A stretch of 64,000 bases of DNA from a virus. The stretch lies in the IMG/VR virus record IMGVR_UViG_3300043419_002586. One strand, given 5' to 3'. This document shows positions 38,001 through 48,950 of the stretch, piece after piece. The notes under the pieces are model-generated. The model was not told the origin of the DNA. It saw only the letters and a program-made list of their open reading frames with translations, and did no database searches. Each line of letters opens with the position of its first letter. Position 1 is the first letter of the stretch. The translations under genes were made by a program, and so were the position numbers.

Positions 38001-41000
38001 TCTTTTATGACAAGTGCTAATGTTGTTGATCCTGTACCTGGAATATCTAATGCACTTATGAGATTGAAACTTGTAAATCCACCAACATTAACGCTAGAAG
38101 ATGTAATAGGACTTGACGCAGCTAATTGTGTTTGTGGTTTTACATTGGCATCTACAGAATAAACATAAGCTGTTAAAGTTGTATTTGCTAAACTGTCATT
38201 GTAAGAAGAATTGGAAAGTCCATCTTGTTCCCTAATTGACAAGAATGCAGATACTTTTGATATTGTGCTTGCTGTTGATGATGTAGTGAAAGTTTGAGCT
38301 AAATATCCAACAGAGCCACTATCACTTGCAATGAATCTTATGTCATTTGAAGGCTTGGATGAGAATAAAACTGGGCTATATCCTTCACTTGTATTCTCAC
38401 CAGTTCTATACCAGCAATCACCATCATCAAGAGTATACCAAATTCCGTTATTCGTACAAGCCACCAAAACATTTTGAGTAATAGAATTAAATGTGGAGGA
38501 AAATACTTGTAGATCATAAACACAAGTTGGCAGAGTACCGATATAATCAGATCTTTCAAAAGTATTTCCTTCATCGAAAGATCTATACACTCCATTATTT
38601 GTTCCGATATAAATTTTTGATCTACCAGGAGTATTACCAACAGCAGCTTCAGTGTCAATAGCATAAGAGAAACAATGAAGTCCTCTTAAATATCTACTAT
38701 CAACAATAAAATCAGAAGAATTTACATCATCAGGGTAAGAATATTTCCAGTTTCTTACCTTTAAAATTCCATCATTTGTAAGGATAAACAATGAATTTGC
38801 ATATGTAGTTGTATTTGTTGAAGAAGGAACACTATATGCTTGGAAAGATTTGTAATACTTGCTTACACCTTCAGGATTGCCAGAAATAAACATTTTTCTG
38901 GGAACGAGAAATGATGAGAATGATGAATATTGAGTGTCATTACCCATCACAAAATAACCATCATCTCCTGCTGCGTGTAAACTTTCAAATTCTTGCACAT
39001 TACCTAAACTATTCTTGATATATGTGCCCTTGAAAATTCCATTTACATTATTAGTAGTAAGTTTCAAAAAATCAGATAAGAAATTGGTTGTTCCTAATTT
39101 GACACTTAATCCATCACTTGTTGCAAATGCTTCGAATAAAGTGCCATTCCAGAAACCAGTGAGATAAGCATTTTGTCTTGCTGATGATGTTTGCTTTATC
39201 CAAGAACTGTCATATTTCCAAAGACCATTAGAAGCGCCAGCAATTACATTAAGATTTGGATCAAGAGCAATATAATTAGCATCAAAAGCGCCATCTAATG
39301 TGCTTTCAAGTTCCCAATATTTAGTGTATTTCCAAACACCCTTCTCTGTAATAATTCTAGTTCCAGTACCATCTTTTGTGAGATTGACAATTCCCTTAAC
39401 TTGAATTGGGTCGCTTTCAAAATCATTTACAGTAGGAACAAGTTCAGTTCTATTTTTGAATGATGAATTTAAGCTATCAAATTTAGCATTACTTGAAAAA
39501 TTATCAACTAGTAATGTATTTTTCAAACCTCTTGTATCAGTCTGTGAAATTGTTGGTGCAGTGAAATCAAAAATAGTTGAATTTAATGATTTGATCTTTC
39601 TTGCTAATTCTTGAATATTAGAATTATTTTCTGATGCTAAATTGTAGGTTTGGTTGGATATAGCAAGATACAAATCATCTTCCAATCCAGATACAATCTC
39701 GTTTTTTATTCCATAAACTTCAGCGCCAACGTCGTAAGTAGTTGTGCTTGTAAGTCTTGCTACAGATAAAGTTATTTCAATAGGAAATACAGTATTGTCA
39801 ATAGATTTAACTACTGCTATTTCATATTTATTACCAGCTTTCAATTGTATTAAAGAATAATTGCTAATTCTCTGATTGATATATATTTTAGTATCAGTGT
39901 TAGAGTTTGCTTTCGCTAATAATGCAATAGGCGTTTTAGTCTTGAAAAGGGGTACATAAGTAGAAGAATGTGGCTTTGTTCCGGCATCAGATATTGTTGG
40001 AAAATCATTTACTATAGATATCTTTACATTATCGACATCGTTCTTTAATACTGACTGTGTAAAAGTGATTTTGCCTTCAGATGGACTGGAATAAAATGGA
40101 ATAGTGCTAGGTTCATTGTTTATATAAGTAAAAATTCTAGTACTGTCTGTTTGTGTGTCAGTCCAAGGGTCAGTGGTAAATGTATTAAAACTCTTTTCAT
40201 AATATAACTGATCGCCTGAGACATAGGTAGATCCCATAGCTACTAATTGATATGGATAATTTAAAGTAAAATTAGATACTTGATTATAATTTTTATCAAA
40301 TACTGAGAATTCTGTCTCATTTTCAGAAAAAGTATCGTTAGGTCTTTTCCATCGATAATTCAAAGAAACTGTGCTGGATACGTTTACATCTTGCCACAAT
40401 AATTCAGTGCTAACAAAGATGCCATTTGTTGTTCCAGCATACAACTTACCAAAATTACTGCCATCATCATAACTGTAAAGTGCATTTGTCGAACCTTGGA
40501 AGACAGGCTCCCAAAAAAGTTCAGAATAGGCTACAGATGTTCCTAATGATGATTCTTGGACTCTTGCAATGCCATTAGAATGTCCAATGAAATAATCTGT
40601 TGGAAATGTTGTTGAATTTCTTTGAACAACACAATTGATGACACTACTTGAACCAGCTCCAGAAGGTGTTGAATTTTGATATATCTTTAATCTTTGAATT
40701 TCCCATAGCACATCAGAAGTGCCAAAATCAAATGCATCTTCAATAACAAGATACCAAGTACTGTCGTTATTTACAATTCCGTTTGATACGTATACTGTTT
40801 TCCAATTAATAAATTCAGCATTTACATCAAGTTCGGTTGATCTAGTCCAACTTCCAGCAGATACAATATAAATTCCATTTTCAGCTTTATTAGTTTGATT
40901 TTTGACAAGAACAATATTACCAGCAATAACAGCAACACCATCAATAGTTTGCGTTCCAGTGAGTGCTATATCTTCTGTTGTGGCGCATAAAGCATTTGAG

Positions 41001-43588
41001 AAAGATGTTGATGTTTGTGAAAATGGAAGAGACCAATACTTACCTGTAGCATCTTCATAATATTTTGCTGTGTGAGTGATAAATGCCTGATAATCATTCC
41101 ACCAGATAAGATTATTTTTGTATGCGCCATCTTTAATCCAATAAATTCCCTTTACTGGCTCGTTAAATATTTGAGATAATTGGCTAAAATCACCAAAGTA
41201 TAAACCTTTCGTACTAGTGCCAATTGCTCCAACATACAGTGCTCTTTGAATTGTAATGTCATCAGTCTCACCAGAAACAAATATAGTTTTCTGTGTTGAT
41301 ATTTCTTCAATTCCAGAAAGATTATAAATATTTGTAATTGCTGTACCTGAAGAATTGTAGAAAGAGGAAATTTCATTCCAATTCCAGTTTTGATATGCTG
41401 TATTGTCAGGAATTATAGCATAGTAAACTTTTTCAGATGATAAACCATATTGATAAGTCTGATATGTTCCATCAGCTAATTTATCAGAAGAAATCTTAAA
41501 GCCAACTAATGTTTTTGCAATTCCACTAGTGTCTGTTGGTAATTTCAAATTTTCCCAAACATTACTTGTATTGTTATAATAAACTTTACCTAAAGAAGTG
41601 AAAGCATAAACATTCTTAAAGTAGTTTTCATTTGTTGGATAAATTATGTTATCTTGAAGCGATAAAATTTTTCCATAATCATTTTGCCAGTTAGTTGTTT
41701 GCGCTGTGTTACTACCTAAATTGAAGCTAAACAATCCTCTAGAAGATGATGTGTAAATCAAATTCAAACTAGTAATAATGTTTGCACTCTTATAGAAGTA
41801 GCTAATGTCATCGTTGTATTGAATGTAAGAATTTGTATTTTGAGGATACAGATATGACTTTCCAATTCCAGTGGTTAAAAATTTGTCTGGAGTAAAAGTC
41901 AAAGGTTGCTTATATCTATTCTCGCTGTAATGATTGATCTTTAAATTATTTATTGAAACCTTGCCTGTAGATATGCTATTGGCAGATAAATTCTTTATGT
42001 AATCATTTGTAAGATTGTTTATAATTTCAGTCTTACGTGTTTTAATTACAACAGATAAATCAAGGAAAGTATATTGATCATAATTAGGTATAGAACTTTT
42101 CAGTAATATACAGCCAGAATAAGGATTAACTGTATAGTGAACTGGATCTATCAATGTTTCTGCCAAATAAACTTCAGCAGTATCATATTGAAAATTTGTC
42201 CAAGAGAATAAGGTGTAAAGGTCAGTGGTTAGACCAGAAGCATTTGTGTATTGATAAATTGTTCCATCACTTAATTTGATATATGTGTTGAATGTAAGGG
42301 CTGTAGATAATAATTCTTGGCTACTATTTACTGCTATTAAATTTTTATCAACAGCATATGGTAAATACACCTCAAGCTTGGATGTTGATTTGATGCTTTG
42401 GTTTAGATAAATCTTATATGGGCTACTTGATTCACTTATTGTGTATTCTGAACTGGAAAGAAGAATGCCATCAAGTTTAACAATAGGTGTACCGTATGAA
42501 GAAATGGTGTCATTAAATAAGGTTCCATCAGAATTCTTCAATACAAAAATTGAAGAATTTTCATAGCTTGAAACTCCATCATTAGAAGAAGCTATCAAAA
42601 CTAAATAATTTTTAAGATCTATCTTTGCTGCAGTGTTTATTTCACCCAGATGCTTATGCTTCAAATAAGATAATTGAAGTTGTCTCTGAAATTCTCCAGC
42701 AGTTTCATTTATTTGATTTCTTCTTTCTTCGTATATAATTTCTGAAACAGTATTGAAATCAGTGTATGTAGTGTCTGCTTTGTAAATTACTGTGGCTAGA
42801 TATACAGCATTTGAATAAGTGTTATATTTTGCATCTGGAATTGATGGAAAAGATATATTGCAAATTTCATCTGATAAGGTTGATATTCCAGATTCAGCCC
42901 AAGCATAAAAAGTATTTGCTATAGTTTGTCTAAAATAACGGGGTTTTTCAGTTTTGGCAGCATATTTATCAATAATTCCATCACCTGTACTAACTTTTAT
43001 GCATTGTTTGAAAGCATCTTGGAAATAGAGGTTTGATGAGCCTAAAGTAAAGTTTGTTGATGAAACTGCGCCAAGCCAAAGTGTTTTTTCGTTAGTTGAT
43101 CCAGAACTTACAAAAACAACAAAATTATCAGAATAATCAGATGTTGTATTGAGACTTGAATGTCTTGTCCAGGTTGAAGATGAAACAGTGTAAACGCCAT
43201 TTTGTGTAGCTGTAGATTGATCTTTTACTAATACAATATCGCCAGCAACAACAGAAACTCCATCAATAGTTTGTGCGCCAGAAAGAGTGATATTTATTGT
43301 GGTAGCTGCTAAACAAGATACAGTGAAATCCAGATTTAATAGTGATAACTTTTGTCCATATTCACTTGTAGCGCTTGTATTATATCCATCTAGAAGTAAT
43401 ATTTGATCAGCTCTATTTTCTGATAATTTAGATACATCCCAGCCATTTATAACTCCAGGACCTAAAAAAGAGTATATGCCTGAAAAATTAGATTCAGCTG
43501 TAAGCATATTTTCATAGTCATAACCTGGATACCAAATATCGCCAAATTGTGAAAATAAAAACTTGTAAATTGATGTACGATTAGCCAT
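35006..43588 (-). CDS. 2860-aa multidomain virion fibre/baseplate protein
   Basis: Two SG/TGxQTIDGV..VLVKxQ..NGxY..WTR repeats, HKH motif, beta-propeller with Asp-boxes (YRSFDEGNTF), vWA-like DNSAS, C-terminal Ig-like repeats. Confidence 0.8.
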   Translation of the reverse strand: MANRTSIYKFLFSQFGDIWYPGYDYENMLTAESNFSGIYSFLGPGVINGWDVSKLSENRADQILLLDGYNTSATSEYGQKLSLLNLDFTVSCLAATTINITLSGAQTIDGVSVVAGDIVLVKDQSTATQNGVYTVSSSTWTRHSSLNTTSDYSDNFVVFVSSGSTNEKTLWLGAVSSTNFTLGSSNLYFQDAFKQCIKVSTGDGIIDKYAAKTEKPRYFRQTIANTFYAWAESGISTLSDEICNISFPSIPDAKYNTYSNAVYLATVIYKADTTYTDFNTVSEIIYEERRNQINETAGEFQRQLQLSYLKHKHLGEINTAAKIDLKNYLVLIASSNDGVSSYENSSIFVLKNSDGTLFNDTISSYGTPIVKLDGILLSSSEYTISESSSPYKIYLNQSIKSTSKLEVYLPYAVDKNLIAVNSSQELLSTALTFNTYIKLSDGTIYQYTNASGLTTDLYTLFSWTNFQYDTAEVYLAETLIDPVHYTVNPYSGCILLKSSIPNYDQYTFLDLSVVIKTRKTEIINNLTNDYIKNLSANSISTGKVSINNLKINHYSENRYKQPLTFTPDKFLTTGIGKSYLYPQNTNSYIQYNDDISYFYKSANIITSLNLIYTSSSRGLFSFNLGSNTAQTTNWQNDYGKILSLQDNIIYPTNENYFKNVYAFTSLGKVYYNNTSNVWENLKLPTDTSGIAKTLVGFKISSDKLADGTYQTYQYGLSSEKVYYAIIPDNTAYQNWNWNEISSFYNSSGTAITNIYNLSGIEEISTQKTIFVSGETDDITIQRALYVGAIGTSTKGLYFGDFSQLSQIFNEPVKGIYWIKDGAYKNNLIWWNDYQAFITHTAKYYEDATGKYWSLPFSQTSTSFSNALCATTEDIALTGTQTIDGVAVIAGNIVLVKNQTNKAENGIYIVSAGSWTRSTELDVNAEFINWKTVYVSNGIVNNDSTWYLVIEDAFDFGTSDVLWEIQRLKIYQNSTPSGAGSSSVINCVVQRNSTTFPTDYFIGHSNGIARVQESSLGTSVAYSELFWEPVFQGSTNALYSYDDGSNFGKLYAGTTNGIFVSTELLWQDVNVSSTVSLNYRWKRPNDTFSENETEFSVFDKNYNQVSNFTLNYPYQLVAMGSTYVSGDQLYYEKSFNTFTTDPWTDTQTDSTRIFTYINNEPSTIPFYSSPSEGKITFTQSVLKNDVDNVKISIVNDFPTISDAGTKPHSSTYVPLFKTKTPIALLAKANSNTDTKIYINQRISNYSLIQLKAGNKYEIAVVKSIDNTVFPIEITLSVARLTSTTTYDVGAEVYGIKNEIVSGLEDDLYLAISNQTYNLASENNSNIQELARKIKSLNSTIFDFTAPTISQTDTRGLKNTLLVDNFSSNAKFDSLNSSFKNRTELVPTVNDFESDPIQVKGIVNLTKDGTGTRIITEKGVWKYTKYWELESTLDGAFDANYIALDPNLNVIAGASNGLWKYDSSWIKQTSSARQNAYLTGFWNGTLFEAFATSDGLSVKLGTTNFLSDFLKLTTNNVNGIFKGTYIKNSLGNVQEFESLHAAGDDGYFVMGNDTQYSSFSSFLVPRKMFISGNPEGVSKYYKSFQAYSVPSSTNTTTYANSLFILTNDGILKVRNWKYSYPDDVNSSDFIVDSRYLRGLHCFSYAIDTEAAVGNTPGRSKIYIGTNNGVYRSFDEGNTFERSDYIGTLPTCVYDLQVFSSTFNSITQNVLVACTNNGIWYTLDDGDCWYRTGENTSEGYSPVLFSSKPSNDIRFIASDSGSVGYLAQTFTTSSTASTISKVSAFLSIREQDGLSNSSYNDSLANTTLTAYVYSVDANVKPQTQLAASSPITSSSVNVGGFTSFNLISALDIPGTGSTTLALVIKETASSVPLFKWKKASTNNPFSGLGYSSSNAISWTGISTSYDFFFRAHYDNSYAPIETIVPIGNYDNTEVNWDSGVSKGVISSDDGYLYLKPKFVISNVFDNSASMKMSSGFVNGYNSLLTNIFARTNQQYYAQFSFADLWTFGTSIKHETGNGFTNSGTAITSIINSLKLDGENSNLYDCLEYALIGQQPAAISGIADTSLISTYKDYLSDENLIRLDLLKERYKNESNKQLNLVPKIGSSIGSTLTFSTDGTNTFTWNTTDYPYAEVIKNGAVLGSGYTVIPSTGKVSFTTSIGNTDQVEVYLRQDWNGLADSIPNNPTVSKYMMERLASSYIPLTFIVSDADNNTSVSIKSIEDNINYSWGNQGTKLVVFGVDDKTNTGNIRQLVQNTDGLYFDASSSYWSGITTALLHGGSNTIFAGSWNKSVEFETSKFIKSITTAYTVSTGQSVDSSCVVKYKYSTDKKNYSDWITLTATSIVNKEITNLDFQINMTEGWNNSTSLPISPYVSQLYYTEVSPAVNYLFTTALTSTDDIFEYILSTDYSDTDKAKLTWGICKGNSTNWNDYEELIKNKNGIISSRQRSYKYTNALFYDKLTCVKSVNNNFTYFVYNDNTRFTWLLSDNVEVYLNSSLVATNLYTIDNVNGTITFRQEVPLGNIVQVSISRTGSRYEAYGEGTVSTDYKNYYAVNGRWPEDSKIVVLVNNEIVRGGYKLDRYDGKIIFDTNKSATDIITLFILQSSTYRLGLKVETYSSTASTTYNFEFTHNTVSNSNVYSHYLNTNIPSLKAESLVINSDVSYASVGSTKQISSSSRMYVDYSYISDNQQYKPRTRWYRTRTSGGGTTTEELDSTPNYRDKLVQRKADLNAANGYFNINDQVYVTLEPNDNFDYGITYTSQPIIVKSLSAPYVYDVQIKSTNTIVDSKISANSVLQAYYNFNGSSDLSTIEWFEWTNGVSNKIAEGSLLNSAVVLRNMAISFIVKPYDGTTYGTPIESQILHIV

Positions 43589-43594
43589 TACTAC

Positions 43595-46500
43595 CTACGG
43601 AGTTGGATTAAATTTAATGCTAGCATCTCCTATATCAAGTTGTACGGCAAAATCATACACCATAGAAGGAGTTGATCCTACGCTTGTAAGGAAAATTCCG
43701 AATCTGATTTTGCTTGATGCTTCTGGTAATTCAAAGGTTTGGTTTGGATCGATTACTGTAAAGTTTGCAAAATTGAATGTTTCATTAGTGTCATCAGATG
43801 TTGTATATCCGTACACGATGCTACCATTGTTTTTTAATTCGTTAGAAGAGAGTAAACCTCTTTTGATCATTGGAGCATCAGTGTCGTAATTAGCAGTATC
43901 AAACATTCTAGTAAAGAAATAACTTCCTGATGATGATGTGTAGGAAAGGGTCAAAGACAATAATTCTGGAGTGATATTGGGTGTTGCTGTGATGAGCTCA
44001 ACCTTGTATTGCAACCATTTTCCAGAATATGCTGAAAGATCTACAGCTAAAGATTGTGCAGTTGTTGGAGCTAAGCTATCATTGATGCTTGACAATGATT
44101 GAGCATCACCGTAAGAAGCTGCAATACATTCTGCTCTTGTATTTCCAGTCTTTACATAAATCTTTACCTGAGTTCCATTGTCTAAAGTTGTATCTGGAGT
44201 TGATGGGTATTTGTTTAAAATTAAGGCAACAATCTGTGTCCAAGTAATAAGTGTTGGTACATATATTGGCTGAACTTCATAAATACCATACTCTCTGATT
44301 TTGCGGTCAGGAGCGTAAACTGGGTAAGCTCTTGAAGGGGGAACATAAATCCCCTTCCTAGATAGCGAGTTGTCAGCATTCTTTTGAATTTGATAGATAA
44401 CGCCTGAATTATTAGTTGTAGATAAATTCTGGTTATTAGTATTAGTATTTGTCGTTGTTGTCGATCCAGTGCCAGCATTTACCTGTCCTTGTGTTGGATT
44501 GTTGGTTTGATTATTCTGAGTATTTCCGGTGACAGGATTTATTGTTGTATTTGAATTAGAAACAACAGTAGTATTTGAATACTGAATGAATGAACTTGTG
44601 TTATTTGCAGTATTAGCTACTTGAATCATTCTGTCACTAATAACTGGAAAACCACTAGTATGAGCTGGCAGGGATACACCTTGAATATTTCCAGCTTGAT
44701 CTTTAAATCTAGCATAAATGTATCTACTATTATTTTCATAAGGGGTGGTAGTAAATTCATAAACACTACCATCCATACCAGCACCATAGAATGTGTTGCC
44801 GATGGATGTCACTGATTTGATTTTGCTTGAACCGTAGAATTGTGAAGAAGGTACTGCCTCAAAAGATTCTCCAGTGTTCTTCTGCCATAAGAATTTAAAA
44901 GTAGTACCAGAGCCTACATTGTTTGTTGTCTGGAGCTTGATTTTTAAAATATCTCCTTCAAGAACATTGAATGCATTTGCTGAGTAAAGAGTTGAAAGTG
45001 TAGTGGATTGGTTATAATTTCCTATTTGCAAAGTATCGTTAACAAATAAATTATATCCAACACTGCTATCAATTCTAAATGATAAAGCACCGTCTTTTGA
45101 GGCTAAAATTGCACCTTCAAAAGTTACAGAACTATTTGTAAATCCAGTAGGTGGAATGAATGAACTACCAATAGCTCCAGTATAGTTTATTGCTGATGTT
45201 TGACCTCTGTAAGCAATAAAATTATAGCTTTCAAGATCTCCGAGATCTGTCCAAGTAATTCCAGAACCAGTGTAAGATCTCCAGGTTGAGTTTAATAAAT
45301 TTGTGTCATATGAATAAGAAACAATTTTCTTAAAACCATTTATTGACTTAAAATATCCATAAGTTCCATTGTCAGCGCTAACATAAATATAATTAGCATT
45401 TGGATCATCGTATATGCTGAAAATATGATCAGCATATGTATCATAAAGTTTAGCCCAAGAATTAGCTGTTGCATTTGTAAAAGATAACTCCCAGATTTGT
45501 CCGCCTCTAAATCCAGCTAAAACCGAATTTCTAGTAGATGATTTAGTTAAACACTCAACATTATCAAAATTTGATGATAATGTTTGCACCCATTCAGCAT
45601 TGTAGTATTTATAAATTGCTGATGCTCCACTACCGTAAGCTCCTCCAACACCAACATATAAAGTAAATTCTTTTGCCGTAAGAGCAGAAACTTGGTCATA
45701 AGATGTGAAAGTTTTTAGTTCTGTAATAGCTTTTCCATTATATTGATAAACAGAACAAGAACTAGAAGCTCCTTTTGTGGAGCCTAAAAAAAGATTATTG
45801 CCCAAGGAAGTCATAGAAATGATGGGCTTTAATAGTTTATAATTTGTGGTAGACAGTGGATCTTTTGCATTTAATATGCTCCAGAATTCACCATTGAAAG
45901 AAGTGAAGACTAAACCATAATTAGTGCCTGCATAAGCTCTTCCATTAAATACGTGGATACAAGTAATTTGATATTTTTCACCAATAAGAGATTCATTTAA
46001 TATTTCATAAATTTCTCCACTCTTATATACAAACATTTTATGATTGGCTGCTATTAATATCTTGTCATTGAATGAAGCAATAGCAGTGATTTCGGAAGCT
46101 GCATTGCCTGTCTTCTTTGACCATAAATAAGCAGCATTAGTAAGATCAATATTAGTGTATGTTGTTTCACCAGTTGAAAAATCTATAAAACCTTTAGAGT
46201 TAGCATTTGGAAAAGAAGTAGCATCTCTAAAGTCAGCAAATCTTGAAATTTGTGCTGAAACAACATCTGAAAATTGATCATAAGCAGCAAGAGTAATGTC
46301 GCCTCTTTGATCTATAGTAAAGTAATCTCCGTGATATGCAATTCTAGCAGCATAAAGAGAGATGGGAGTTGTGAAAGTGAAATTTAAATAATCAGTGGTT
46401 TCAGAATCTGCAATATTTTCAACAATATCTTCCCACTCTGAATTTTTAGTTTTCTTAACTTGTAATTTATATGTTTTTGTATTTTTTGCAGTGGCTCCAA

Positions 46501-47443
46501 CAATTAAATTAGTAACTGTTGGGTATATATTGTTTAATGAATTTAAGGCATCTTCATACACAGGATTAAACTTTTTGTATATGTAATTTGCCTGATCATT
46601 TCCAATAACTTCAAATTTAGAAAGATCAGAACTTCCACCATACACAGATACTTCTTTCAATGGTACTTCATATATATCAAGTAAATAATCTTTTGATGAT
46701 AATTCTGCAGATGCTGTATTGAATGCTGTAATTTTATAATAAGGTGAAGTATTTGCTATCCTTATCCAGGTTAAATTGTCAGAATCGTAATAAGCAAACT
46801 CTGAATCATTGTTTGTGAAATTTGCAATATCTACAGTGGCAGAACCAACAGTTGCCATTGGTAAATTATCTAATGAAATATAGATCCAATAAGTTGTGTC
46901 TATAGATAATGTCAAACCTGTATTAGAGAATGAATAGGAATCAAATGAAGTGGTTAGATCATTTATTTGGATACTTGAAAATGACCCTAAAAGTGTTGAA
47001 GGTGCATCATTTGTAGCATCGTGGGTATAAATTGAAACATTTATTCTGTCGCCAAGATTTACGATGCTTCCAGTTTTTTTAAGCTTGAGAAATATTGTTG
47101 ATATATTTTGATCTTTATCAGAAACAATTTTAAAAGCATTTATGGTTCGTGAAAATGAATAAGATGAAGTGTTATCAGTGTATTCTGTAGTTGTTGAAGA
47201 ATATCCAGTGCCTGAAAAATAATGTACTTTGATACCTGGATCAACATCATCTGCCTTTCTATTTAATATCAAAATACCTTTAGGAGGAACAGTATCATAA
47301 ATAACACTAGCGTTAGGATAAAATTCAGATTTTACAAAAATATCTGTAGTTTCATCATCAATTTCAAATCCTATTGAAGTGCCATTATTTAATGCTTCAT
47401 TCCAATATTTAGGATCGAAAAACCCGTAGTTATCATACGCCAT
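43595..47443 (-). CDS. Virion protein with a beta-propeller and a PA14 domain
   Basis: [51 protein letters not shown] (PA14); FKDQAGN; N/T/Q-rich linker. Confidence 0.75.
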   Translation of the reverse strand: MAYDNYGFFDPKYWNEALNNGTSIGFEIDDETTDIFVKSEFYPNASVIYDTVPPKGILILNRKADDVDPGIKVHYFSGTGYSSTTTEYTDNTSSYSFSRTINAFKIVSDKDQNISTIFLKLKKTGSIVNLGDRINVSIYTHDATNDAPSTLLGSFSSIQINDLTTSFDSYSFSNTGLTLSIDTTYWIYISLDNLPMATVGSATVDIANFTNNDSEFAYYDSDNLTWIRIANTSPYYKITAFNTASAELSSKDYLLDIYEVPLKEVSVYGGSSDLSKFEVIGNDQANYIYKKFNPVYEDALNSLNNIYPTVTNLIVGATAKNTKTYKLQVKKTKNSEWEDIVENIADSETTDYLNFTFTTPISLYAARIAYHGDYFTIDQRGDITLAAYDQFSDVVSAQISRFADFRDATSFPNANSKGFIDFSTGETTYTNIDLTNAAYLWSKKTGNAASEITAIASFNDKILIAANHKMFVYKSGEIYEILNESLIGEKYQITCIHVFNGRAYAGTNYGLVFTSFNGEFWSILNAKDPLSTTNYKLLKPIISMTSLGNNLFLGSTKGASSSCSVYQYNGKAITELKTFTSYDQVSALTAKEFTLYVGVGGAYGSGASAIYKYYNAEWVQTLSSNFDNVECLTKSSTRNSVLAGFRGGQIWELSFTNATANSWAKLYDTYADHIFSIYDDPNANYIYVSADNGTYGYFKSINGFKKIVSYSYDTNLLNSTWRSYTGSGITWTDLGDLESYNFIAYRGQTSAINYTGAIGSSFIPPTGFTNSSVTFEGAILASKDGALSFRIDSSVGYNLFVNDTLQIGNYNQSTTLSTLYSANAFNVLEGDILKIKLQTTNNVGSGTTFKFLWQKNTGESFEAVPSSQFYGSSKIKSVTSIGNTFYGAGMDGSVYEFTTTPYENNSRYIYARFKDQAGNIQGVSLPAHTSGFPVISDRMIQVANTANNTSSFIQYSNTTVVSNSNTTINPVTGNTQNNQTNNPTQGQVNAGTGSTTTTNTNTNNQNLSTTNNSGVIYQIQKNADNSLSRKGIYVPPSRAYPVYAPDRKIREYGIYEVQPIYVPTLITWTQIVALILNKYPSTPDTTLDNGTQVKIYVKTGNTRAECIAASYGDAQSLSSINDSLAPTTAQSLAVDLSAYSGKWLQYKVELITATPNITPELLSLTLSYTSSSGSYFFTRMFDTANYDTDAPMIKRGLLSSNELKNNGSIVYGYTTSDDTNETFNFANFTVIDPNQTFELPEASSKIRFGIFLTSVGSTPSMVYDFAVQLDIGDASIKFNPTP

Positions 47444-48950
47444 AATTTGATATCAAGAGCGGTTCAAAATTTGCAACATAATTATTAGAACTATCTTTTA
47501 ATGCTGCAGTTCCGCCATTCCCACTGTAACCAACTTTCACGACACTATTATAATTTATTTTATTGTAAAGCGTTAATTTGACATCTGTTGAAAAAGTAAT
47601 TCCCAAACCTGTTGCTATTTTGATCGGAGTAAATTGCCCATCTATTGAAACATTGAAAGTTTGAATTCCTGTAGATGGCAACATTGGTCTAGAATTATTT
47701 TCTGTAAACTTAAGGTAAATGTCTTGCCCGTTTTTATCTATGTAACTATTTGTTATGTCCAAAGTTGGAGCAGTTGTATCTGTCAAACTATTTGTAGCTC
47801 TAATAGGCGTAGATAAACTTGCAACTTTATTAGCGTTAGAGGTTCTGTCAGTTATAAAATTGGATGCTGGTTGCGTGTAATTTATCGTAATAATGTCTTC
47901 AGGGCCAAAATAAGAAGACATTGTGATCAAGTATACTGTAGTTGCTACACCACTGAAAACTAAAGCTGATGCACCAATACTTGAAATTGTTTTAGCTACA
48001 TTTGTGTATGAAACTCCAAATCCTGATGGAGACGCTGGAGTTGTAGTTGTAGACATTCTAACATAAACAATATTTCCAGAAACACCAGTGCCAGTGTATG
48101 CTTGAGTAATCCTTGGTAAAAAAGTAGTGCTTGTAAGATTTGTTACAGCATTACCAGCAAATGAAACTGCATAAGTAAGACCAGTTCCAGTGCTATCCTT
48201 TATTTTATAAAAATCAGAAACTGGTTGATTATATGTTAATGTAATTGGGTTTGTTCCGTCATTTACACCTAATCTCGAATTAAGATCTAATACAATAACT
48301 TTTCCATTTGTAGGGCTTGATGGGTCTAAAACATATGCATTAGAAATTGCAATACCAGAATTATTTTGACTTACAGCAAAGCCACTTATATTTGTAGATG
48401 GTAAAAGGGGTGGAGTGGCCTCAGTGTAATAAACGTAAACTTTAGTTCCGTCTGTGCTTGTAGTTGAATAATTATAAACAGGAGGATTGGCTTCTTTTGT
48501 AAGATTTGTAATTCCAACGCCTGTAAATGATGCTACGAATGATTTTTGAGTATCATTATCTGATAATTTTGGAATTGTACTGCCAAATCCAGTAGAGTTG
48601 TATGAAACAAATACTGTTTGAGCAGTTATGGCTACCCCACTTCCATTATACGAAAAATCAACAATCCTATCAGAGTCTGCCAAAATCAATTGTAATGTTT
48701 TTGGAGAACTGGCATCAACAAATGTAGATGCAGGTGTAACTGTAGTTGCAATTGCTCCAAATTTTTTAGTGACGGAAAATCTTAGCTGTAATCCTGTAGC
48801 AGGCTCAAGCCCAGTGCTATCTATGTCTTCAAAGTTTAAGTAAATTCTTTTACCATCAAATGAGGTGTATGATAAATTTGTTAAACTTGTAGAGATTCCA
48901 GGACTAGCACCACTGAAAGCTATGAATGTGTTTCTTAAATCTTCGCTCAT
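47433..48950 (-). CDS. Virion protein made of about 4 SwmB-like repeats
   Basis: Repeated S/T-x-DG-x-x-I/VY-L-x-F/Y-xE, F-x-V-S, I/V-x-V-x-Y, I/L-x-D..N..ASF..I/VTN. Confidence 0.7.
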   Translation of the reverse strand: MSEDLRNTFIAFSGASPGISTSLTNLSYTSFDGKRIYLNFEDIDSTGLEPATGLQLRFSVTKKFGAIATTVTPASTFVDASSPKTLQLILADSDRIVDFSYNGSGVAITAQTVFVSYNSTGFGSTIPKLSDNDTQKSFVASFTGVGITNLTKEANPPVYNYSTTSTDGTKVYVYYTEATPPLLPSTNISGFAVSQNNSGIAISNAYVLDPSSPTNGKVIVLDLNSRLGVNDGTNPITLTYNQPVSDFYKIKDSTGTGLTYAVSFAGNAVTNLTSTTFLPRITQAYTGTGVSGNIVYVRMSTTTTPASPSGFGVSYTNVAKTISSIGASALVFSGVATTVYLITMSSYFGPEDIITINYTQPASNFITDRTSNANKVASLSTPIRATNSLTDTTAPTLDITNSYIDKNGQDIYLKFTENNSRPMLPSTGIQTFNVSIDGQFTPIKIATGLGITFSTDVKLTLYNKINYNSVVKVGYSGNGGTAALKDSSNNYVANFEPLLISNYGV

